In this document: piece after piece, positions 18,303 through 24,000 of the stretch
Numbering within the stretch: position 1 is the stretch's first letter
How the letters are laid out: every line of letters starts with the position of its first letter
Source of the DNA: Gemella bergeri ATCC 700627
GTDB taxonomy: Bacteria; Bacillota; Bacilli; Staphylococcales; Gemellaceae
DNA: 24,000 nucleotides
Assembly: GCF_000469465.1 (NCBI RefSeq)
Contig: NZ_KI271850.1
Coordinates: forward strand, 3,479 to 27,478
Direction: 5' to 3'
Notes under the pieces: model-generated
The model's input: the letters and a program-made list of their open reading frames with translations, nothing else
Databases searched by the model: none
Told to the model about the DNA's origin: nothing
Program-made: the position numbers and the translations under genes

Positions 18303-18947
18303 CTATGCTTTTTTATGTGATTTTAATGTTCCAATTATTAACGGTACTAAACTAATTAAAATTATGCCAATTACCACTAACGAAAAATTTTTCTTCACAA
18401 TTTCAAAGTTGCCAAAGAAATAACCTACCGAAACAAACAATAAACACCAGCAAGTTCCACCTAGAAAATCTATTGTTCTGAATTTGCTATATTTCATTTT
18501 ACCGGCACCTACTATAAAAGGAACTATAGTTCGAATTATAGGGAAAAATCTTGCCAGAAAAATTGATTTTCCACCATGTTTTTCAACAAATTTTTCGGCA
18601 TCTTTTATGTTCTCATCTGAAACAAATTTTTTGAACCACGACCTGCTCTTCAAATATTCAGAGAAATTTCTTCCAATAAAGTAATTACAATTATCTCCTA
18701 TTACTGCTGCGCTGATACATAGCATAAGCAATAAAAATATATTATTTCCGGTAGCCGCCCACAAAGCACCGCTAGCAAAAAGTAGTGAATCCCCCGGTAA
18801 AAACGGCATAAATACCACACCGGTTTCTATAAATATTACTAAAAATATAATCCCATATAACCACCATGGTCCATGTTGATTCATAAGTTCACCTAAATGT
18901 TTATCTATATGTAGCACAAAATCAATTAAAAATTTTATCGTGTTCAC
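18303..18947 (-). CDS. dedA: DedA/VTT-domain family inner-membrane protein
   Basis: 214 aa, multi-TM, with DedA signature regions (FIETGVVFMPFLPGDSLLFASGAL; GRNF...FVEKHGGKSIFLARFFPIIRT). GTG start at 18947 with GGAGG 6 nt upstream. Confidence 0.88.
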   Translation of the reverse strand: MNTIKFLIDFVLHIDKHLGELMNQHGPWWLYGIIFLVIFIETGVVFMPFLPGDSLLFASGALWAATGNNIFLLLMLCISAAVIGDNCNYFIGRNFSEYLKSRSWFKKFVSDENIKDAEKFVEKHGGKSIFLARFFPIIRTIVPFIVGAGKMKYSKFRTIDFLGGTCWCLLFVSVGYFFGNFEIVKKNFSLVVIGIILISLVPLIIGTLKSHKKA

Positions 18948-18977
18948 TCATAACCTCCTAAAACAATTATAAAATAG

Positions 18978-19006
18978 ATTATAACATAGCTTAGCATAAC
19001 TGTCTA
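18978..19006 (-). promoter_or_regulatory. Putative dedA promoter
   Basis: Minus strand: TAGACA (19006-19001), 17 nt, extended -10 TGtTATAAT (TATAAT = 18983-18978). It lies just downstream of the rho stop. Confidence 0.5.
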
Positions 19007-19019
19007 ATATTAATATAAG

Positions 19020-20294
19020 CTAGTCACGAATAAACTTCTTCATCTCCGCTACATAATCTTTGTTTGAGTTATATTTTCTAAGATGGTTTAAAACACCAAT
19101 TGTAGGTTCACTCACATCTTCCAATTTTCGTCGTGTTTGCCATAAAATTTTCACTTCATCTTCTGTTAATAACAATTCTTCTTTTCTGGTTGAACTTTTA
19201 GCAAAATCTATTGCAGGATACACCCTTCTTAACGCCAGTTCAGGTGATAAAACTATTTCCATATTACCCGTTCCCTTAAATTCTTCAAAAATCATATCAT
19301 CCATTCGTGAACCGGTATTTATCAATGCTGTTGCAATAATCGTAAGACTTCCGCCACCTTCAACATTACGTGCCGCTCCAAAAAAAGCCTTTGGCTTATG
19401 AAGACTTGACGGATCAATCCCTCCGGTTAACACTTTACCGCTACTAGGTTCAACTATATTATAAGCACGTGCTAAACGTGTAATACTATCCATTAAAATA
19501 ATCACATCTTGTCCCAACTCTACTCGACGTTTTGCATGCTCTATTACAAGTTCTGCCACTTTTACATGATTTTCTGATGTTTCATCAAAAGTCGAACTAA
19601 CTACATCCGCACCTTTTACTGAACGTTCCATATCGGTAACTTCTTCCGGTCTTTCATCAATTAGTAAGATAATTAATTTTTTATCCGGATAATTTTTTCT
19701 AATTGCATTGGCAATATCTTTTAATAAAGTAGTTTTCCCCGCTTTGGGCGGCGCTACTATTAAGCCACGTTGCCCCAGACCGATAGGTGCTACCAAATCT
19801 ATAAATCTGGTTGATAATTTTTCTTTTGTAGTTTCCAAAACTAATTTACTGTCCGGATAAATAGGGGTTAATGCTTGAAAGTGCGGACGTGATTTTATTT
19901 CTTCAGCATTAACGCCGTTGATAACATCTACTTGAAGTAATCCGTAATATTTATCATTTTCTCTAGGAGGACGGACTTTCCCAGTTACTTCATCACCTTT
20001 TTTAAGCTCAAAACGTCTTATTTGAGATGCTGAAACATAAATATCAGCTTCTCCTTTATTATAATTAACCGTCCTTAAAAAACCAAAGCCGTTTTCCGGA
20101 TGAATATCATCTAAAATGCCGGTCATATAATAATTATTATCTTTTTCCATTTCCTTTTCTAAAATTGCAAGAATCAATTCCTTTTTATTAAGGGTAGAGT
20201 AACGCATAACTCCTAATTTCTTTGCAAGAAGCGTCAATTCCTTTGTCGTTTTACTTTTATACATATCGTCAAAAGTTTGATAATTATTATTCAT
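19020..20294 (-). CDS. rho: Transcription termination factor Rho
   Basis: 424 aa with an N-terminal Rho_N region (LTLLAKKLGVMRYSTLNKKELILAI), a cold-shock-like RNA-binding domain (GFGFLR) and Walker A APPKAGKTTLL. Confidence 0.97.
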   Translation of the reverse strand: MNNNYQTFDDMYKSKTTKELTLLAKKLGVMRYSTLNKKELILAILEKEMEKDNNYYMTGILDDIHPENGFGFLRTVNYNKGEADIYVSASQIRRFELKKGDEVTGKVRPPRENDKYYGLLQVDVINGVNAEEIKSRPHFQALTPIYPDSKLVLETTKEKLSTRFIDLVAPIGLGQRGLIVAPPKAGKTTLLKDIANAIRKNYPDKKLIILLIDERPEEVTDMERSVKGADVVSSTFDETSENHVKVAELVIEHAKRRVELGQDVIILMDSITRLARAYNIVEPSSGKVLTGGIDPSSLHKPKAFFGAARNVEGGGSLTIIATALINTGSRMDDMIFEEFKGTGNMEIVLSPELALRRVYPAIDFAKSSTRKEELLLTEDEVKILWQTRRKLEDVSEPTIGVLNHLRKYNSNKDYVAEMKKFIRD

Positions 20295-20396
20295 TTGTTA
20301 AAATCTCTTTTCTCTTTTATAATTATTGTTAAAATATATTTATTTACCCCTTAATGTGATAATGAGAATATTAGACCTCACTAATACTCTCACCCT

Positions 20397-20425
20397 ATTG
20401 TATATTCATTTTTCTTATTAAGCAA
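20397..20425 (-). promoter_or_regulatory. Putative rho promoter
   Basis: Minus strand: TTGCTT (20425-20420), 17 nt, TACAAT (20402-20397). This predicts a leader of about 100 nt containing the 20363-20392 hairpin. Confidence 0.4.
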
Positions 20426-20428
20426 GTA

Positions 20429-21316
20429 TTATCTTTTGCTTAAAACCACAACGGCGGATAGTATAAAGGCTGCTCCCAGTAAATCTAAACTACTGAATGT
20501 TGTCCCGAGTAATAAAAACGAAAAAATTATCGCCGCTATCGGCTCAAAACAACCTATTATGCTACCGGTAACCGCTCCAATTAATTTAATTCCCTCTAAA
20601 TACATAGTAAATGAAGCGATAGTTCCTATTAAAACAATTCCGGTTATACACAAAAAGTCGGTTAAACTAAATCCTGCCGGTATATAATAACTTCTTGTCG
20701 CAAAATAAACAACCGTTCCTGCTATAAAAAGCCCCCATGCAGTTATGATTGTTGCACCATATTTTGTGGTAAGTCTTATTGAAGAAATATTATAACTGGC
20801 AAGCCCAACCGCCGAGAAAATTCCCCAAAACAAACCGATCGCCGAAATAGATAATGTACTAAAGTCTAAATGAGTAGCCATTAAAGTAACACCAAATAAC
20901 GAAGTTATCATAGCTACAACTTCCCTAGTCATCGGCAAACGTTTATTCAAAACACAATAAAATGCCATTATCATAATCGGACCTGTAAATTGAAGAACTG
21001 TTGCCATTCCGGCATTGGTATGTTTTATGGCTAGAAAATACGTTCCTTGGCAAATAAGTAAGCCGAAAAACGAAAAATTCATTAACCTTAAAACATCTTT
21101 TTTATCTTTAAATACTCTAAGTGTCGCCTTTTTATCTTTTATTAATACTATAGCTAATAAAATTAATCCTGCATAAAATAAACGTGTGGTTATTACCCAA
21201 ATAGAATCTATTTTAGAAACATTAAGAAGATACTCTCCTAAAACTCCGGATAATCCCCAACACGTTGCTCCTGATATAGTAAGTAAAGTACCCTTTTGCA
21301 TTGTACTTAATTTCAT
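20429..21316 (-). CDS. EamA/DMT-superfamily permease
   Basis: 295 aa with about 10 TM helices and a duplicated EamA-type architecture. SD AAGGAGG lies upstream of ATG 21316. It starts only 10 nt after the preceding gene. Confidence 0.85.
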   Translation of the reverse strand: MKLSTMQKGTLLTISGATCWGLSGVLGEYLLNVSKIDSIWVITTRLFYAGLILLAIVLIKDKKATLRVFKDKKDVLRLMNFSFFGLLICQGTYFLAIKHTNAGMATVLQFTGPIMIMAFYCVLNKRLPMTREVVAMITSLFGVTLMATHLDFSTLSISAIGLFWGIFSAVGLASYNISSIRLTTKYGATIITAWGLFIAGTVVYFATRSYYIPAGFSLTDFLCITGIVLIGTIASFTMYLEGIKLIGAVTGSIIGCFEPIAAIIFSFLLLGTTFSSLDLLGAAFILSAVVVLSKR

Positions 21317-21326
21317 AACTTCCTCC

Positions 21327-22658
21327 TTAGTGATTAAATAATTTTAATCTTGAACTTACTATCGAATTTGTTCTTTCTATAACTTCATCATAACTATCAT
21401 CTTTTGATAATAAAATACTGGTAAATAAAGTTATCATATTTTCCAATGCAATCATGGTATTCCCGCAAGTATAAAACCTCGCATCTAAATTTGCGTTAAT
21501 ATAACCAAAAGGTGAATACCAAAAACCATATCCTGTAGGACAATTTTCTTTTAAAAACTCTTCAGCAGCTATTTCGGGATAACCTTTTAATAGAGGAATC
21601 GGGTATAAAACACTTAGTGCCTTTATCGCTTTTTGTTTACTTATTATTCTTGTCTTCAATACAGCATAAACATCTAACTTTTTACCCATTAACATCTTGT
21701 CATCCGAAACTTCAAAATCTTTCTCAAACTTAGCTTTAAACTCTTCTTTGTATCTGATGAATATATCTTTTTCATCAAACATAACAACACTTTTATCGGA
21801 AAAAAGATTTTCCTGTTTTAAATACAAGTACGCTTTTAGTTCTTCATCATCAACATCTAACGATACCAAAGGATTAGTAGTTACAAAGAGGCTTTTTTTC
21901 ATCTCAAAAGCAATAAAATATCTTTTTTTATTAAGCAAATATTTTGTTATAGCAGCAAGTGAAGTTCTATTTTCTAATAATATCTGATTCTTTCTTGGTA
22001 ATACTAATCTTTTCAGCTCACCTTGTTCTATTTTTAATAATGCTTTTCTTATATTTTCTTGCCAAACTTCCGGATAAATATCCCTTACTACAGATATTTT
22101 AGGTTCATTAAGTAATGGTTCTTCTTGAAAAACCAATTTTTCTAAAAATTCCGTTCTTTTTCGCCACAACTCCAGAAAGTCAACACCATCTTCCATATCA
22201 AAAAATAAGGTGAAATATACGAAATCTCCTTTAAAAACAGCCAAAATTTCCGGTACTACAAAAGAAGTATCACTAAAATCTACCCACTCCTGTGTACTTT
22301 TATTACTACCGTCAGAAACACCGCCATATAAACCGAAATATTCTTCATCATGTTCATCAATATCAATAAAAGTTACTTGTGTTTTTAATTCTTCAAAACC
22401 CGATAAAATATTTTTATTATCAAAACTGGATAAAAAATCGTTTGAATCTAATAACCAAGTTTTTTCATAACCTATTCCTATTTTAGAACTCCTGCTGTCA
22501 GGTGTTTTTATTATAAATCTCTCCCCACGTTTATGTGAAAATAAACTTATAAAATCCCATTCGCTAAAAGTTTTTTTCATTTTAAATTTTACTACTAATT
22601 TATTATCAAGAACTACATCATTGAAATCATAATTTATAATTCTCTGGTAATCATTCAT
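21327..22658 (-). CDS. Chorismate-binding-fold protein, isochorismate synthase (MenF/EntC)-like with degenerate motifs
   Basis: By eye it is colinear with MenF. ERFIIKTPDSRSSKIGIGYEKTW resembles the ERFYWQSPDG..G.G block. YFGLYGGVSDG...WVDFSDTSFVVPEI resembles FGG.SF....W..F....F.LP. WQENIRKALLKIEQGELKRLVLPR resembles W...V..A...I..GEL.KVVLAR. LYPIPLLKGYP resembles LHPTPALGG.P. TGYGFWYSPFGY resembles RGWYA.P.GW. I prefer the start at ATG 22658 (GGAGAA 6 nt upstream), which overlaps the upstream stop. Confidence 0.5.
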   Translation of the reverse strand: MNDYQRIINYDFNDVVLDNKLVVKFKMKKTFSEWDFISLFSHKRGERFIIKTPDSRSSKIGIGYEKTWLLDSNDFLSSFDNKNILSGFEELKTQVTFIDIDEHDEEYFGLYGGVSDGSNKSTQEWVDFSDTSFVVPEILAVFKGDFVYFTLFFDMEDGVDFLELWRKRTEFLEKLVFQEEPLLNEPKISVVRDIYPEVWQENIRKALLKIEQGELKRLVLPRKNQILLENRTSLAAITKYLLNKKRYFIAFEMKKSLFVTTNPLVSLDVDDEELKAYLYLKQENLFSDKSVVMFDEKDIFIRYKEEFKAKFEKDFEVSDDKMLMGKKLDVYAVLKTRIISKQKAIKALSVLYPIPLLKGYPEIAAEEFLKENCPTGYGFWYSPFGYINANLDARFYTCGNTMIALENMITLFTSILLSKDDSYDEVIERTNSIVSSRLKLFNH

Positions 22659-23493
22659 TATATTCTCCATCGCTCTGTATTTTCTCTATAATTTTCGCTT
22701 CTTTTTCTTCTTCACGACGCTGTTTAGCCAAAAGCTGTTTTTGACGCTGTTTTATTAATCTATTTACTTCTTCTTCCGATTTATAACTTGCTTCTTTATC
22801 CGTAAAAATAAAAACATTATTATGCTCGTTTAAAAGTGATAAAATAGTTTCTTGTTCGTCATGGTCATTTTCAAATAACTCCACCATATACTCTCTTTTA
22901 TCAGCTCCTAAAACAACTATAAATAAACTTCTTGCTGACAGTAAATTTTCATATCCGATACTTATTAGTTTATTTCCTCTAAGTTGAATCCCGGACTTTT
23001 GTAGCTGAGTTCTATCTTCCTTAGAAAACTCCAACAAATGAACACGTTTATTTTCTTCGTTCATATATTTATAATCCAGTATCGTTCCTTCCGCACCTAA
23101 AAATACTATTGCCACATCAGCAATATTTTCTGCCAATATCTCTTCATATTTAGCAATATCATCTTCACTATTTTTACTATCTAAACATTTTGGATAATAA
23201 ATATTCTTAGAATCTAAATCCAATTTTGTTATTAATTCTTTTCTAAGATAACGATATAATCCAAAATCTTCTTCTATATCTATATCCGCAAACTCTCTTT
23301 GCCCTACAAGAGTTATATGTTTATAGCGATACTTTCCGGCATTATAATCATCCACCATTCTATTCATAAATTGCGTGCCGATTATTTGTTCCGGCAACGA
23401 CACAACAGCACCATCCTCTAAACACTTTTCAAATTCATCATACATTCTATTAAGCACCGCCGTCTGACTGTTACAAACTATATATTTCACCAT
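22651..23493 (-). CDS. NagB/6-phosphogluconolactonase-fold-like protein with degenerate active-site motifs and a charged C-terminal tail
   Basis: Start at ATG 23493 (MVKYIVCNSQ), with GGAGG 5 nt upstream. By eye it is colinear with glucosamine-6-P deaminase. KHITLVGQREFADI aligns with V..FNLDEY.G. VAIVFLGAEGTILDYKY aligns with D...LGIG.DGHIAFNEP. SLFIVVLGADKREYM aligns with .I.L...G..KA. It ends in KQRQKQLLAKQRREEEKEAKIIEKIQSDGEYNE. Confidence 0.4.
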   Translation of the reverse strand: MVKYIVCNSQTAVLNRMYDEFEKCLEDGAVVSLPEQIIGTQFMNRMVDDYNAGKYRYKHITLVGQREFADIDIEEDFGLYRYLRKELITKLDLDSKNIYYPKCLDSKNSEDDIAKYEEILAENIADVAIVFLGAEGTILDYKYMNEENKRVHLLEFSKEDRTQLQKSGIQLRGNKLISIGYENLLSARSLFIVVLGADKREYMVELFENDHDEQETILSLLNEHNNVFIFTDKEASYKSEEEVNRLIKQRQKQLLAKQRREEEKEAKIIEKIQSDGEYNE

Positions 23494-23530
23494 TTCACCT
23501 CCAAATAAAGTCCGGTTATTTTTAATAACT

Positions 23531-23559
23531 ATTATATCATATTTAGACTGTAGTAACAA
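23531..23559 (-). promoter_or_regulatory. Putative promoter of the three-gene operon
   Basis: Minus strand: TTGTTA (23559-23554), 17 nt, extended -10 TGaTATAAT (TATAAT = 23536-23531). It lies inside the spurious N-terminal extension of the track ORF. Confidence 0.5.
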
Positions 23560-23583
23560 TGAGAAGAAATTTACAGATTTTAT

Positions 23584-23620
23584 CAAAAAATTGGTAGAAG
23601 TGACTTAACTGATTTCTACA
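23584..23620 (-). terminator. Weak intrinsic terminator at the end of addA
   Basis: 6-bp stem GTAGAA/TTCTAC (23619-23614 / 23599-23594) overlapping the stop, followed on the minus strand by CCAATTTTTTGA. Confidence 0.35.
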
Positions 23621-24000
23621 CCTCTATTAATTTTGATAAAGTATAAGAATAAATATAAGTCTTTACATCAGTACAATTATAATATTTTCTTACCGCTTCT
23701 TTATATATTTTCAACTGTTCACCATGACGTTTTTCTAAAATACTTTCACCATTTTTCTTTGTAACATTATCAGTTTTATAATCTATTATTAAATACTGCC
23801 CATCTATATTAATCAACAAATCAACAACACCTTGAAGTATTACGTCAATATTACTTTCACTCTCACTATAAAGCTCCTTGGCTTTTTTTAGTGTTGTAAA
23901 AGACAATTCAGTTTCACAAGTATCCGCATCTTTTACGAAACTAATCACTTCACTTTCTAAAAACATTTTTACTTTAGTTAAATCATCTTCGTTATTTATT
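23616..24000 (-). CDS. addA: ATP-dependent helicase/nuclease subunit A (AddA/RexA), C-terminal PD-(D/E)XK nuclease end; the gene runs off the right edge
   Basis: The frame is open to position 24000 (…INNEDDLTKVKMFLESE…). The QGVVDLLINIDGQYLIIDYKTD…QLKIYKEAV…IYSY block matches the AddA C-terminal nuclease motif (QGIVDCL…LLDYKSD…QLYTKAV…LYFF). Confidence 0.85.
   Translation of the reverse strand, partial: INNEDDLTKVKMFLESEVISFVKDADTCETELSFTTLKKAKELYSESESNIDVILQGVVDLLINIDGQYLIIDYKTDNVTKKNGESILEKRHGEQLKIYKEAVRKYYNCTDVKTYIYSYTLSKLIEV

Noticed and set aside
23494-23586. 31-codon N-terminal extension of the NagB-like ORF, with the analogous short extensions of rplM (12651-12689), prsA (16036-16050) and the MenF-like ORF (22659-22670).
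   Set aside because: In each case an internal ATG has a well-spaced GGAGG-type SD, and the extension overlaps promoter or leader sequence or lacks an SD.
1-24000. Window-wide look for CRISPR repeats, IS/transposase or integrase genes, prophage genes, toxin-antitoxin pairs, restriction-modification or other defence modules.
   Set aside because: No regularly spaced direct repeats and no ORF with recombinase, nuclease-defence or toxin signatures. Every ORF above 100 aa is accounted for by the features listed.

Overview
AT-rich (by eye about 70% A+T) chromosomal core region of a low-GC Firmicute (class Bacilli). I cannot name the genus. Nearly everything is recognisable housekeeping, mostly on the minus strand. 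Reading from high to low coordinates on that strand: addA 3' end; an orphan three-gene operon (NagB-fold-like protein, isochorismate-synthase-like protein, EamA permease); rho; dedA; a Gfo/Idh/MocA oxidoreductase; gltX; rplM-rpsI; a yjdF/DUF2992 gene with a structured leader; ctsR-clpC-radA-yacL; secG-rnr-smpB; and the 5' end of an L-lactate permease. On the plus strand are clpP, cls and prsA. I found no rRNA, tRNA, tmRNA, CRISPR array, transposase, integrase or recognisable defence or toxin gene. Five things deserve a second look. (1) The translationally coupled pair of degenerate enzyme-fold proteins plus a DMT permease between addA and rho is the only candidate here for an undescribed system. 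(2) radA is split by one extra base in an A9 run. (3) yacL has a strong SD and ATG one base out of frame across an A6 run. (4) A likely yjdF-class riboswitch precedes the DUF2992 gene. (5) CtsR heptad operators lie in front of ctsR-clpC and clpP, in a locus that lacks mcsA/mcsB and disA. All homology calls are by-eye motif recognition. No searches were run.
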